Assembly (NCBI GenBank): GCA_030295235.1
Contig: AP026137.1
Span: 1-64,000, forward strand
Origin: Fistulifera solaris
Taxonomy: Eukaryota
Direction of reading: 5' to 3'
DNA length: 64,000 bases
The notes beneath the pieces are model-generated. The model worked only from the letters and a program-made list of their open reading frames with translations. It had not been told where the DNA came from and searched no databases. Positions 25,666 through 39,006 of the stretch are shown here, piece after piece (position 1 is the first letter of the stretch; every line of letters starts with the position of its first letter). The position numbers and the translations under genes are program-made.

Positions 25666-26638
25666 TATGAATCTAGTCAGTTAGATGCTTAATAACGCCG
25701 TTTTATCGCAAGATCAAGAGAGATATCACCGAACGCGATGAACTGTTGACGCGAGCAGCCAATTGTGACCCACTAAAATTGCCGCTCATGCTCGCATTTC
25801 CTCATACGCTGCAAGACGGTAAGTAAAGAAACAATGAAATAGGGATGCCAAGTACTTGTACTTTCGACTGCAAAAGATAGGAAGGAACAACGATGATGCG
25901 TCGAAGCTTTTTTGTGGCGTTGAGTGATGCTCGCGCACAAAGGTTTTTCAGAGAGTATGTCGCGGAAAAAATAATATACTCCGTATCAAGTTTCATATTA
26001 CGCATTTGGGTACCGTATTGATTACCGGTAGGATCAGTAGGCTTCATGACTGAAGTCCAGTCTTGGTTTTTAATAAAAGTAGTCTACACATTGTTCAACA
26101 GTGAAGAGCACAGAACTTCTGCGAACAATGTTGAGAGGAGTTATCGCAGACCAATCTATATGTGCATGAATTATGCTTCAAATACAAATGATTATTCACA
26201 ACGTTGGTGACTTTAAAAGGTGACGGGGAATCGATTATTCCCAATTGTGGGGCTAAAAGATGTCCATGAGATAGAAAAGGATTACGCCATGTACAGTTTT
26301 CCCGTGTAGAGTTTGAATCAGAAGCATTTCGACTATACTACGAACCATCGTCTTCCCGCATCGATCTCTTTCACTAAGTTGCGATGGTTAGGGAGGAATC
26401 GGCAACAAAATGACACTATCATTGCGGACTAAAAGGTCTATTCTGTTTAGGAAGAGAGATGTTGAAGTCTTTCAACATTTCGCAATGGGCCCATGTAATA
26501 ACGCAGAGCCATCAGAAAAAATCGTCTTGATACCAGGTTCACGAGAAATGCCGAATCGGATCGCCAATAAAGGGTACGGTCGACTAGAAGAAGAGAACTA
26601 CTGGAGTAGTATTTACAATGCACGGTAGGCGGATATGT

Positions 26639-28306
26639 TCACTCGATTTTTCTTAACACTCTCTTTTGCTTCAAACTACTAACGAATCTATCCAGAGGAA
26701 ACGAGAACAAGTTCTCAAAGAGTGGACTTCCAGCTGAATCGCCGATTTCCTCTGCAATCAAACCAGCTACCAACTCGCACAGCATGTCTGTATGATTTGA
26801 TAGCAACCGTCCCGTGTACTGAAAGTTCGCTGATTGCGCTGGGTAAGCGCCGCTATGATTAGCAGCGAACGGAATTTTCCCGATTCTTTCCAAAGGTTCA
26901 CCATTTCATTATAAAAGTAAAGATTGTCAATGACAGCCACGTTTGAGATCCTACGGCCCAAATGGTTATAAAAGACAAGGTTCCGGTTGAGAATGAGTAG
27001 ACGTTCGAGCGCGGAATAATATGGTTTGCTTTCTCTTTCGTGATTCTTCCTCGGATTCCGCGTAAATGATTGGTGGATACACTTGCAAGTCGATTGTACG
27101 TAGTCCATCGTGCTGGCTAATAGTGTGAAAGATCTTCTTCAAATCACCATCCTGATTGATAAAAAGAAACTCGAAACCACCTAATTTCAAATGCTTCAGC
27201 CCTGAATTGCTGTTGATAGCACCAACTAATGCTCGAGTGATAGTGTCTGTGTCATCCCCTGCCATAAAGTGTGTGAGTGAAATGCCCAGGCTTTCAAAAT
27301 GGCCCAGCTGAGCAGCTCGATTGAAAAATGAAATCAGTAGTCCATCCCTGTCGCTCTTTTTCTTTCACAAACAACGAAAGATCAAGATTTTTGGTCTCGA
27401 TGTCAACAGAATGAATGTCTTCCGGCCGAATCAAGCATCCTTCGACTGTATATTGAAGGGAGTTTGCTTTGGTCGCAAAGGGAACAAGTGCACAATCAGG
27501 ATCAATGTTAAAAAACTCAATTTTGTCCAGTATCCCTTCCAGATTCATAAGTTGTATTAGGTTGACGCGGCTGAAAATGGTAGCTTCTCCCGGGCTCGGA
27601 GATCACAAGAGAGCCAAACAACGAATTACGTTTTTCCAGCTCATCTACTAGAACAGTACCGTCAACTTTGACACTGCATTACCCCAGCTCCCTCCACGCG
27701 CACTGACAATCTTCAACTTCAAAGGAAACGACCGCGTTGCAAGAATCTTGGCCTGTTCCGGGGTCCAGCTTCCTATCTCGAGTTCCAGCTGACGTGGTCG
27801 GGTTGGACTCTAAAATACGAATAAGTTGATCGTCTCGGATGGCGCCAAAGTCAAAATTGCTGAGGGCATCCCCCTCTAACATGGAAAAACAATTGACCTG
27901 TAGTGACGCTTTCCTCTCCCTGGTGCTTCAGAGACCACAGAAAAGTTAATGTCTCGGCAATGGCTTCATCAGTCTTGCCATAGACGGTAAAGCCCAGGGC
28001 GATGTTGCTCAACGAAATATTGACACTTCGCTCTTCGGCTTCATCCCCATAATGATGGTACCACAAGTTTATCAATGTTTCGTTGTCGCGCCAAATAGCA
28101 AATGGTCTGTTATGCTGCCACCAATTAGGACCAGTGCGATTCTTACCCCAATCGACATCATTGAGACTGATCGGCTCGCCGAACAAATCGGTAAATGGGC
28201 TCGCTTTCATTAAGATATTCAAGTCGAAGTTCTTGTTGTCGGGCGAGAGCTCGTTTGTCGGTATGAGCTGCAAGATATCGCCTTCGCTCACTTGCTGGAC
28301 TTTCAT
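26639..28306 (-). pseudogene. Array family copy 12, multiply frameshifted
   Basis: AIWRDNETLI, VYGKTDEAIAETLTFLWSL, RILESNP and FQYTGRLLSNHTD across at least 6 ORF fragments. Confidence 0.85.
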
Positions 28307-29190
28307 TTTAGCCGTGAGAGGAGTCTTTTGTTCAGGTTATTTGCTGCTATTCTTTCGACTTATTTATATTGTTGTGAGGCGACGGCTGGTTATCATCTCT
28401 CAACGGTCGGTCTCATCATCATTATTTAACATTTCACATCAAAGAAAGAGAAAAAGATCAGAAAAGAAAAGATCGCTCACTCAACGGTTACAAGGTAGAC
28501 TAGGGGACCTAAAACCTAAAAAATAAAAAATGTTCTTTGCCAGAAATAGAAGCGAAGATTGATATTACGTCAGCTTCTTTTTGAGCCATACACAATAAAG
28601 TGCTATGAAGAAGGATGTAGTAGCAGCGACGTCACACTACGTCAGATCGCGACTTTCTTGTTTCGTCTTGCACGCATGATACACGCCTCGTCCCTTTTTT
28701 CGTTTTCCTCATCACAATACCAGGTATCGTGTACAATATTTGCTTGAAAGGATGGGTGTCAAGGAAAGGATCGACAGCATTGCGATACAGCCATTACAAC
28801 TCAGTGCCGAGTGGAAAGCCAATCATCTTTCCAGAGAGCTGCTCTGGTCTTTGACTTCTTCCGCAATGGCCGTCCTGAAATGATGTTTCTCACACAAGCA
28901 AATGGCATCCCTTTATTTTTCATCAAATAAAGCGAAAGATGTCCACGAGGCCGGTAATCTGTGAACACGGCGAGTGACGGAGAGAACTTTTCAGTCAAGA
29001 TAGATGAATTTCGATTAGTGCACATCCGAGAGAAAAGGCAAAATCAGAAGCGTATTTGGCCACTGTCAGACAGTCGAGTACTAGCTTAATAGTGAGTGAA
29101 CAGCTAAGCCTCAAAGGGTGCGCCTAACTATATGCTCACAAAGTCTTTAAAATCCGGGGTTAAGGACGGCAACGCATGCTGCATTGTCCA

Positions 29191-30783
29191 TTATAAATCG
29201 CTAGAGGGTTCCTCTTCGAGATCCAAGCCGTCGACGCACTCGCACAGTAAGTCAGTTAAATTTGATATGAACATGGCAGTGAATACAAAGCTTGTCGGTG
29301 CGTTTGTTGCCACAGCCATTGCCATCAGTGTCGGGCGCACGGAAGTACACTCTCTCGCAAGCCTTGTCATTTTATTATGAAATCTATTCACAGCATAGAT
29401 CCACTCAATCGTTGATCCATTGGTGATGACATTTCCCGACTTGTCACAGACCGTAATGCGCCGATTGCGGGAGAGCACTTCTTCCAGCAAAGAATAGAAC
29501 GATTCATTCTTCGGGTCAAATACTGCAATTGTACATGTATCGAGTCCGTTATTGTTTTCCACTGCGTCGCAAATTCTTTCAAGGTAGGGAGTCCAATTTA
29601 AACGCGTGAAAATCGGAGAAGCACTGCTCAAGTCTAAAAACGATAAATTTGGGTTGCACTGGACAGCACGGATAAGAGCTTCTGCGACAAGTGCTGCGTT
29701 TTGCAAATCGTCATCGTCCCATCGAAATCGAAAAAGGAGCAAGTCTAGTCTCTCAAAATGAGCCAATTCAGCCACTCGGTTTAACAACGAGACCACCCAT
29801 CCTCCCCAGCTCGATCGTGAACGGAGCAGATTGATTGACAAACGGAGATCTTTGGGAACTATATCCAGGGAATCAAAGTCGTTCGGCTCCAGATCTATTG
29901 CTTCAAGCTGATACTTTAGAGTTGCCACGTTCGCCGAGAAAGGAAGAAGCGCATACTCTTTTTCACAGCACTCGAGATCAAGCTTATCGAATATCCCCTC
30001 GAGTTGAAAAAAGGCGTCGAAGGTTCGTGAGACTAAGCGGTCCGAATGATGAATTGAGAGTGAATGAAAGAGCCCCAAACGATGCTTCTCGTGCCTGCAG
30101 AGCATCCACGAATGTAGTACCACCGTCGCAGAAGCGCTGGGCCATCTTCCAGTTCATGGGATACGGTCTGGTGGCTAGAATGACAGATAGCTCCGGACTC
30201 CATGTAATGCTTGTCCAATCTAACTGCATTGCTGAATGCTTATCCAATATACGAGCAAGTTGCTCAGGTTGAAGGGCAGCGAAATCGAAAGAGGTGCCTT
30301 TACCACGAGGCCTGGAGCCTTTGATCGTTAAAGGCTGTTGGGTTTCATTCGAGAATTCTAAGGACAAGAACCAGGTCAAAGTCTCTGCCACAGTAGTATC
30401 CGTTTTCCCGTATATTGTGCACCATAGCGACTTGTATGAGTCGCACAACTCGATGCTAAAGCAAACGTTCTGTCCTTGAAAGGATGCTGGCAAGCAGTCC
30501 TCCCAAGATTCCTTCATGTGACGGAAAAGAAAATACCGCACTGCACACATAGAATGGTTCCATTTTCGCACCAGTATGCGAATTCACTATCATCATTCTC
30601 CCGGATAAAATCATCAAAACACCAAGGTTTGCGCCGGAATCGGTACAATCGATCGGAAATGGCTTCATCGGCACTTGCTGTCGCCACCCGAAACGCCTTT
30701 TGCTCGGTTGACACTTCTTCCTCCGGAATAAGCTCAAGGAGCGGTCCCTCGGCTGACTCAGGATTATCACTAGAAAACGACAT
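29191..30783 (-). pseudogene. Array family copy 13, two homopolymer frameshifts (may be intact)
   Basis: ORFs 30514..30783, 29984..30571 and 29191..30123 tile the full protein. Shifts fall in T runs near 30520 and 30010. Confidence 0.75.
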
Positions 30784-31308
30784 TCAGACAGAAAGTCCTG
30801 GTTGCCTTTGGGTAGAGATTGATAATGAAAGACAAAATAAAACGCGCCGAGGTCGTCGATGGTTTTATCCTTGTCTTCTTACTTTGTAATTGTAAGGTCT
30901 TATTGTGGCGCGCCAGACTGCGAATGCCGATCATGACGTTTTGGAAGATCATAACTTTGGTTTCCGGTACCGCTACGACGACGCATCATCAATTCTTATT
31001 ACGCAATCAGCAATCAGCAATCGCAACGCAATCAAGCAACAAGGAAGGAACAGAAACGTGACTGAAATCAGTCGTAAAATGTCGTCAAAAACTACAAGTA
31101 GAAGTAATCGACAAGACAACGAAGCTTCTTTCTGAAGCCACTAAACCATCGTCAATACCTAAAAAGGCCTGAAGAGAACGTATCAAATTAAGTCATTAAC
31201 TTAGTCAAAGCCTCGAGTCGGGCGTCTTGCAAATTGGCGCCCTTTATTACCGCGAGTTGCAGGTCAGAGTTATTGCTCGATCATATTTAAATTTCTTATT
31301 AAGTGTGG

Positions 31309-31460
31309 TCATTGATTGCCCACTAGGAGGGAAAGAACCATTGCCGACAAACCAAAGCTTTTTGATGCGGTATGGACCAACACCATTTCCATAAGCGCAG
31401 GTCGCAGGGAGGTTGGTTCTCTCGCAATGTTTGTAAAATAGTTGTAAAAAACGATTCCGA
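31309..31460 (-). pseudogene. Array family copy 14, short C-terminal fragment
   Basis: FYNYFTNIAREPTSLRPALMEMVLVHTASKSF resembles the C-terminus of copy 13. Confidence 0.55.
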
Positions 31461-31617
31461 GAGTAGGTCCAGCGCCGTATAGTCCCATCAATGTAAATAA
31501 AAGAGTTTTTGTTATTTTGTCATAGCCGGTTGTTGAAACGACTGAATATGTAAGTCGTTTCAACTGTTGCGAGTCCGTCATCGGCTACCTATGGTCTCCG
31601 CCCGGTAGGTTTTTAAA

Positions 31618-33303
31618 CTATGATATTCTCTTATTGGACTCAGGTTCGTCATTACTCGCCTTGCGTTTCATAGGATCTGTCTGATTCGATTCTTCGGTAC
31701 ATGGTTCAGACGCTTTCGTTTCCTCTCTCTTTTCTGTTTCAATGAGAAGCGATTCTATATCCAAGTCATGAAGAAACTCAAACAAGATGTCTGCATGATT
31801 CGACACGATGAGTGCCGTGTGCTGAAAACTCCCTAATACACTTTCCGTCAACGCCGTAGCAACCAGGCATGGTCGCAATGGCGCTGAGTCCTTCATCAGT
31901 AGTGACGATCCAACGTAAATGCGATTCAGCGCATAGAGCTTGTCAATCGAAGAACCGTTGGTGATCCTTTGTCCTGCCACGTCAATAATCTCAATATTGC
32001 GGTTGCGCGTTAGTAGTTGCTCCAACCACCGGTAATGTTCCGCCTCTTCATCTTCGGAACAACCCTCCGGTGGATACTCCCTCACGCAAACGGTACGTAA
32101 TGCTTTATGATCTTCCATAATGTCGAAAAGATACCCTAGATGAGGGGCCCAATCCAATCGCCAATGAGTACGGCCTAAGTTCAGATAGGTTAGCTTTGGA
32201 TTGCCGACGATGACACATAGTAACGCCTCGGCAACATTTGCTACGTCCTCACAAGTGTAAGCTTCCATGCTTTCATCCGGCAAATAGAAAAAGTCGACAG
32301 AAAAATCCAGTCTCTCGAAATGACCTAGTTCCGCAATTCGTTCGAAGAACGCAATCAACAGTCCATCCCATTTATCGACTCGGTCGAGGAAAAGTTTGAT
32401 GCGGAGATCTTTCGCGGCAATGTTCAGCGAAGCAAAGTCTTTCGGCTCATAGTAACCCGCAACAAATTCAAAGTCAAGGGCATTAACTTCGCAGGAAAGC
32501 ATCGGAAAATTGAATTTCTCCTCGAGTCTTGTGGACGACAGCTTGTCGAATATGCTCAGTTTGAGAAGACGCTCCAAATTCGAAGCACTAAAAGGCATCA
32601 CAATTCCGCGAAAGTATTCGTAGGCAAAATCAAAGGAGAGCGAACCGAAGGATGATTGTCGTTGTTCCAGTGCGTTCACAAATGCTGTGCCTTTATCGTA
32701 AAAGCGAAAACCTGGATTGGAGCGATCGCCCCAAACCGTTGTTTGACCAAATGATGTGGTGAACTTGAGGTTCAAAGGTTGAGGCCGTGACGCGAGACCG
32801 ACGGATGGATGTTCGCACAAGCAACCACTTTGCAGGTTGAGGCAACGTGTCGGATTTGAGTCGACTACCTGCACTAGCTGATCGGTGTGGAGGTCGGTGG
32901 CGTCGTATTTGCTTGCCTTGCCGTACAATCCGACTCGAAGCTCGGCGTTCACGCCTGGAGGATGCTGGAGAGACCAAAAGAACGTGGCTGTATCGCGCAG
33001 ATTTTCATACTTTCTCCTGTAAATTGCACATTGGAGTGTATAGGAACCGACGTTCTCCAGCGTGAAGCAAATATTGGGAGCATAATACTTGTCAAAAGCA
33101 CAAGTACTGACACAAATCAGTGTTTCATTCTCACGCCAAATCGAAATTGTGTCATATTTTCGCCAGTCGATTTCATCCAGACGTTTCGGTTCTCGTCGGA
33201 AGCGATACAAAGGTAAATGTTCGTCAAACAGCGTCAACGTGAAAGAGATTTTGTGTACAGATCGCTCCAGTATATAGTCCTCATTGTTGTTGTGTTGCTC
33301 CAT
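31618..33303 (-). CDS. Array family copy 15, intact, ~561 aa
   Basis: Open from MEQHNNN to the stop, with all motifs. Tail PMKRKASNDEPESNKRIS. Confidence 0.92.
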   Translation of the reverse strand: MEQHNNNEDYILERSVHKISFTLTLFDEHLPLYRFRREPKRLDEIDWRKYDTISIWRENETLICVSTCAFDKYYAPNICFTLENVGSYTLQCAIYRRKYENLRDTATFFWSLQHPPGVNAELRVGLYGKASKYDATDLHTDQLVQVVDSNPTRCLNLQSGCLCEHPSVGLASRPQPLNLKFTTSFGQTTVWGDRSNPGFRFYDKGTAFVNALEQRQSSFGSLSFDFAYEYFRGIVMPFSASNLERLLKLSIFDKLSSTRLEEKFNFPMLSCEVNALDFEFVAGYYEPKDFASLNIAAKDLRIKLFLDRVDKWDGLLIAFFERIAELGHFERLDFSVDFFYLPDESMEAYTCEDVANVAEALLCVIVGNPKLTYLNLGRTHWRLDWAPHLGYLFDIMEDHKALRTVCVREYPPEGCSEDEEAEHYRWLEQLLTRNRNIEIIDVAGQRITNGSSIDKLYALNRIYVGSSLLMKDSAPLRPCLVATALTESVLGSFQHTALIVSNHADILFEFLHDLDIESLLIETEKREETKASEPCTEESNQTDPMKRKASNDEPESNKRIS

Positions 33304-33861
33304 TTCGAGCACAAAGTTCACCGACCGAATTTTGTCGCAAACTAGCAATAAATGACAGAAACGTTGTGGAAGAGAACGAGAAAAGAGATGCAGGGCTTAT
33401 TGTCGAATATATTTCATTCAAAAGAAGCGATTGCTTCGAAACGACGGCAAAAGGAAGCACGCAGTCGATGGGCTGCCTCGCTTTCTCTTGTCACAGTCAG
33501 TCTCTTTGAACCCCTCGCGAGGAGCCAAGAATGTGACGCGAATTAATCGAAGCGAAATAGAAGAGCAAAGCGTCGCATACAAGTAAAAATCGATAACCAT
33601 TACAACAACATACGTTACACGCAGAAATTTGATGAATGACGAGCACCGCGCATTAGGTCTACTTGCATTTATTTGACAGACAAAAAGTCTGTCTGGCAAT
33701 TACCGTCTGTCCAGCTTTGCGAAGTAATTGGTACACAGAAATTCTGTCATCTGACAGATAATCTGACGCAAGTAAAACGGATGATTCTTCATTGACAAAA
33801 GATAAAAGCAGACACAAACTATTGCTGAACGAAACTTCACCAAGCAATTAGATGAAGAGAT

Positions 33862-34177
33862 TTACGTTGATGCTTTCTTTGCCGCATGCGACGGCTGAAG
33901 CTCGGACTTGCGTTTTGAGCCAATTTCGCCGTCATCAAGCGTCGGCAATGTGGCTGCATCCATTACTGCAGAACTAGTGCCTGCAACTTGCTCGAAATCA
34001 GCATTTTGGATAAGCTCACATAAAGTATTAACATGATATGACAGCAGAAGACCGGTCAAATGTACCTGCTAAGTTGTTTGAAGCACTCCCGGTGAACGCT
34101 GACGGAACAAAAAACGGTCGCAGCAGCGAAGTCTTCTCTTTCACGAGTGCCCTCGATCCATGATACAGGCGATGCAT
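33862..34177 (-). pseudogene. Array family copy 16, 3' fragment abutting a satellite
   Basis: MHRLYHGSR...GSKRKSELQPSHAAKKAST*, very similar to the ends of copies 17 and 18. Upstream sequence is replaced by the satellite. Confidence 0.85.
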
Positions 34178-34179
34178 CG

Positions 34180-35190
34180 TTTCAGGAATTCTGGAATCGG
34201 TGTTTAGGTTCAACAAAACATTTTTTAATTCCAGAAATTCTGGAATAGGTATTTCGGTCACACAAAACTTCTTCGATGGGTCCAGAAATTCTGGTTTAGG
34301 TGCAAAGCTTTTGTGCACATTCCAGGAATTCTGGGATCGGTGTTTGGGTTTTGAAGTAACATTTTTTCTGATTCCAGAAAGTCTGGAATCGGAATTTCGG
34401 TCACACAGAAAATCTGTGTTAGGCCCTTATATTCTTGACTCGGTGTATTGGGTCATACTTGCTCGGCGAGACTTCCAGAATTTAGGGATTAATAAGGTGA
34501 TCTGGGTGGCACGGAGATGTTTCGGGATCGGGGGCTTCCCTCACACAATGATTTTGTGCATTTCCAGAAATTCTGGAATTGCTGTTTTGATTCCTGCAGA
34601 CATTTCAGAGAATTCCAGATATTCTGGAATAAGTGCTTTGTGTCCCACAAAGCTTTTGTGCACGTTCCAGGAAATCTGGGACCGATGTTTGGGTTTTAAA
34701 GTAACATTTTTCCTAATTCCAGAAATTCTGGAATTGGTATTTCGGTCACACAGAAATTCTGCTATAGGTCCAGATATTCTGGACTCGTTGTATTGGGTCG
34801 TACAGAAGCTCGGCGAGACTTCCAGAAATTTAGAATTAGGTGATCGGGATAACACGGTGATTCGATTTGGTGCACGTTTCAGATGTTTCGGGATCAGGGG
34901 TTTCCCTCACACAACGATTTTGTGCATTTTCCAGAAATTCTGGAATCGGTAATTTGGGTCGTGCAGACATTATATGAGAATTTCAGATATTCTGGATTAG
35001 GTGCTTTGTGTCGCAATAAGCTTTTGTGCACGTTCCAGAAAATCTGGGACCGGTGTTTGGGTTTTAAAAATAAGTACTCCGTAACATTTTTCCTGATTCC
35101 AGAAATTCTGGAATCGGTATTTCGGCCACACAGACATTCTGCGATGGGTCCAGATATTCTGGACTCGGTATATTGGGTCGTACACACACG
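34180..35190. repeat. Satellite A: about 20 diverged ~51-52 bp monomers in a ~345-370 bp higher-order repeat
   Basis: TCCAGAAATTCTGGA-like cores at about 34231, 34282, 34322, 34374, 34564, 34615, 34667, 34719, 34770, 34822, 34931, 34983, 35035, 35099 and 35150. AAGCTTTTGTGCAC recurs at 34305, 34650 and 35018. Confidence 0.9.
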
Positions 35191-35242
35191 AACTAGTCTA
35201 CTGCTGAACAAAAATTCACTTTAGCCATTAGAAGAAGTGGAA

Positions 35243-36633
35243 TCACGTTAATGCTTTCTTTGCCTCATGCGATGGTTGCAGCTCTGCCTTGCGTTTCAAA
35301 CAAATCTTGCTCACATCACCAGATGTCGGCGATGAGACTTCTTCCATTACTGCAGCAGTAGGACCTGCAATTTGCTCGAAATCAGCATGATGAATGAGCT
35401 CACATAATGTATCAACGTGATCTGACAGCAGTAGACCGGCCAATTGGAAGTTGTTCGAAGCACTCTGTATTAACGCCGACGCAACAAATAACGGTCGTAG
35501 CACCAAAGAATGCTCTTTCACGAGTGACCTCGATCCATGATACAGGCGATGCATAGCATACAGTCTGTCGACGCTGGTTCCGTTTGACCATATTTTGCCC
35601 GATCGGTCCATTAGAGTCACGTTATGATTCCGAAAAAGCATCCTCTCCAGCGACGTGTAGTCTAACTGATGTGGATATACGAATGGATCATCTCCACATT
35701 GATATTGTGGTGGATAATCCTCAACAATGATTGTACGGAGCTGTTCGTGTACTTCTACTGCCTGAAAAATCTCATTGTAGTACATTCCCCAGTGAAACAA
35801 ATGTTGAATGCCACTCAAGTCCAGGTAAGTTAGCTTCGGATTGCCAGCAATCGCAGTCTTCAAGGCTTGCACCACAGGAACTGGCTCGTCGATATTGACC
35901 TCGTCAACCGACTCGCCCATTGAAATCCTCAGTCTTTTAAAGTGACCCAACGAAGCAACTCGCTTGAACAAAGACGATAGTATTTCGACCCATTTATCAT
36001 TGTATTCGAAGTTTATTGTCAAGTCGAGGTCTCTTGCCGCAATATCAATGCCATCGAAATCGGTCGCTCGTACATCGCATGCATTCAAATCGTACTTTAG
36101 AGCCCTTACTTTCGCAGACAATGGTAGATATTTAAGGTCATCCTCCAGAGACTCCATTATAAGAGTGTCGAATACATTCTCCAACTACAAAAGCCGTTGC
36201 AGATTGCTCCGACTGAACGGCATTGCATTCGGCGCGCAATCGATGTGTAGTGATCCGAAGGAAGACTGTCGTTTCTCAAGCATATCAACAAAAGCAGTGC
36301 CCTTGTCTTGAAAATCAATATCAAACGTTCCCCACGCACATCGCTTCAGGGTTACTTGCAAAGGATGGGGTCTAGAGGCTAGAATTGTTCTACCGTCCAG
36401 GTTCTTGTCTCCAGATGCAGATGTTGTAAACCCAAGTCAAACATGCGAGTGAGCTGCTCGGGTTGTAGCAAGGAAAAGTCGAAGAAAGCGTGCAGCGGCA
36501 TCTTTCGTCGCTCATAGTTGACAGGGACTCGAAACGCCGTTTGAAGCATTGAAAGTAAATCCGGAGGAACGGGCTGCAAATTGGAATCGAAATTCGACTG
36601 TTCGCTCTCGTTTTCTCGCGGGTTCTCATCCAT
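35243..36633 (-). pseudogene. Array family copy 17, internal N-terminal deletion plus stops and frameshifts
   Basis: MDENPRE...KMPLH joins directly to AFFDFSLLQPEQL, so the IWREN and IYG..AET blocks are missing. The 313-aa C-terminal ORF is open. Confidence 0.85.
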
Positions 36634-37026
36634 ATTGCAGAGGTAGAATGGTGAGAAAAGCAAGAGACCCTAATTAAAATGAAACACTTATTTATTCAGC
36701 TATTAGTCTCGACTAGAGCAAAGCAATAAATTTTCTTGTTTTTATTTATTTGCGCGGCAATTATAATTCCTATGACGACTTGATTTGAATTTCAGTCCCG
36801 GACTACTTCGTGACTATAGATGAAGCTGCGTAAGGTTATACGGAGTAGATCGAGAGTGTAGTGTCGACTGTTAGTGACTCAGTTAGAGTCCGGTCCCGTC
36901 GCCTATTTGTGGTTACGTTGCAAAGCAAAGAAGACCTTCACCAAGTTAAAACCTTTTTTATTGACGAAGTTATAGCAGACTGGACCTACTGCTGGACAAA
37001 AGTGCACTTAGGCAATAGGACATATA

Positions 37027-38709
37027 TCACGTTAATGCTTTCTTTGCCGCGTGCGACGGATGAAGCTCTGACTTGCGTTTCGAGCAAATCTCGCCGTCAT
37101 CAAGCGTCGGCACTGAGGCTACATCCATTACTGTAGACTGAGGGCCGGCAATTTGCTCGAAATCAGCATTATCGACAAGCTCACATAAAATATCCACATT
37201 ATGTGATAGCAGCACACAGGTCAATTGTAAGTTGTTCGAAGCACTCTCCCTTAACGCTGTCGTCACCAATAATGGTCGCAACAACGAAGGTTCCTCTTTC
37301 ACGCGTGACCTTGATCCATGATAGAATCGATGCATCGCATACAGTCTATCGATGCTGGTTCCGTTGGAGCATACTTTGCCCGACTCATTGACCACGGTGA
37401 TGTTTCGATTTCGAAAAAGCAACCGTTCCAGAATGGAGTAATACGCCTGGTAGTCAGGCTCTTCGTCATAGTACGTAGGTGGGTAACTCGAGAGGACTAA
37501 TGTACGCAGTTCATTGTGCACTTCCAAAGACTGAAAAATTTCCGCAAAATGCTCCGGCCAGTCGAACAAAAATTGTATGTCGCTCAAGTCCAGGCACATT
37601 AGCTTCGGATTGGAGCCAACAGCACGTTTCAAAGCCTGAACTATTGGTATGGTTTGTTCAAAGCAAATGCTATCCACAGAGTGACCGACGGAAAGACGCA
37701 GTTTCTCAAAATGGCCCAACGAAGCCACTCGATTAAAGAACGAAGTCAAAACCTCTACCCAGTTATAATTGCATTGAAAATCAAATCTCAAGTCGAGGTC
37801 TCGCGCCGCAATATCAATGCTATCTAAATCCGCCCCCTAATCCCGTAACCATCCAAGTCGTATTTTAGAACACGTACTTTCGCAGACAACGGCAGAAGTA
37901 CGAGGTCCTCCTCGACTGAATTTAGTGTCAGCTTCTCAAAGACATTCTCCAACTGCAGCAGCTGTTGTAGATCGTCGCGACTGAACGGCATCATATCCGG
38001 CGCACAATTAATACGCAGAGACCCAAAGCGAGAATCTCTCTGTTTTAATGCGTCGACAAAAGCAGTACCCTTGTCTAGGAAATCGAAATCAGAGCGCGAG
38101 ATATCCCAGCTCTTCAGTGATAACTGCAAAGGATACGGTCTCGATGCGAGCAGAGCGGATTGTTCTGCAGCCCATTTCCTGTCTGAAGGTGCAGATGCCG
38201 CATCGGGTTCGAATCGAGAATGCGAGCCAGTTGCTCGGGTTGTAGAATCGAATAGTCAAAGACGCAGTGTGGTTGCATTTCTCGTCCAGCGTGGTTGATA
38301 AAAGTGATCCACCTTCTGGATGCTGGAGCGACCAGAACCATGCCGCTGTTTCTGCCATGGCAGCATCATCGAAATTTCCGTAAATTTCACAAAGCAATGA
38401 ATGCTTTCCGACTTTCTCCAGCGTAAAGGAAAGCTTTTTTCGATTCGTAAACGATTCATCATCGCCGATCGAAATGAGTGTGCCATTTTCCCGCCATATC
38501 GCCATTTTGGGATACTTTTCCCAGTCAATTGCATCGAGACGAGTCGGTTCTCTCACAAACTGAAAAATGGGCGTAAATTGTCCGAATACGTCGAGTCGAA
38601 ACGCCATTTGCAGCGTCGAAAGATTGTCAAGAGGAACGAGTTGTAAAATGGGGTCGTTTTTGTGTGATTCTGGCTGCATTTCGACGTTGCCTTGCAACTT
38701 ATCCTCCAT
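37027..38709 (-). pseudogene. Array family copy 18, frameshifted
   Basis: ORFs 38089..38709, 37824..38129 and 37027..37791 carry consecutive motifs. Confidence 0.82.
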
Positions 38710-39006
38710 CGTGCAAAGATTTCTTGAAAATAAAAGAAAAGATGTATTTATAAGTAGTTGACTCGGGAAGTAAGAATGAAATGATTATGTGCCTTATTTT
38801 GCCTTTTGTCATTCACCGCCGTCATTTTTTTGCGCGTCGCAACACTCGCAATCGGAAAAGACTATGCAGTTGAAAGTAGGCGCACTCGAGACCAAATGGA
38901 TTTCAGTCCCGGTAATAGGTCCATTGAACTAGGTAGAGGAAAAGCACTACGTAGAGTTGGAGCAGAATATACGAAATTCATTATAACTAGAACAAAACTT
39001 CTATTT

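Noticed and set aside
33660..33780. Short dyads (GACAGAC-AAAAA-GTCTGTC, TCTGTCA-TC-TGACAGA) as an LTR fragment
   Set aside because: They only vaguely resemble the LTR at 45201-45552, and no TG...CA boundaries or target duplication could be defined.
34180..35190. CRISPR array interpretation (palindromic repeats with variable spacers)
   Set aside because: The spacers themselves recur every ~350 bp, the repeats are degenerate, no cas genes are present and the context is eukaryotic.
34200..35224. ORFs of 250, 113, 105 and 104 aa in satellite A
   Set aside because: They are translations of tandem repeat on both strands with no family or domain signal.
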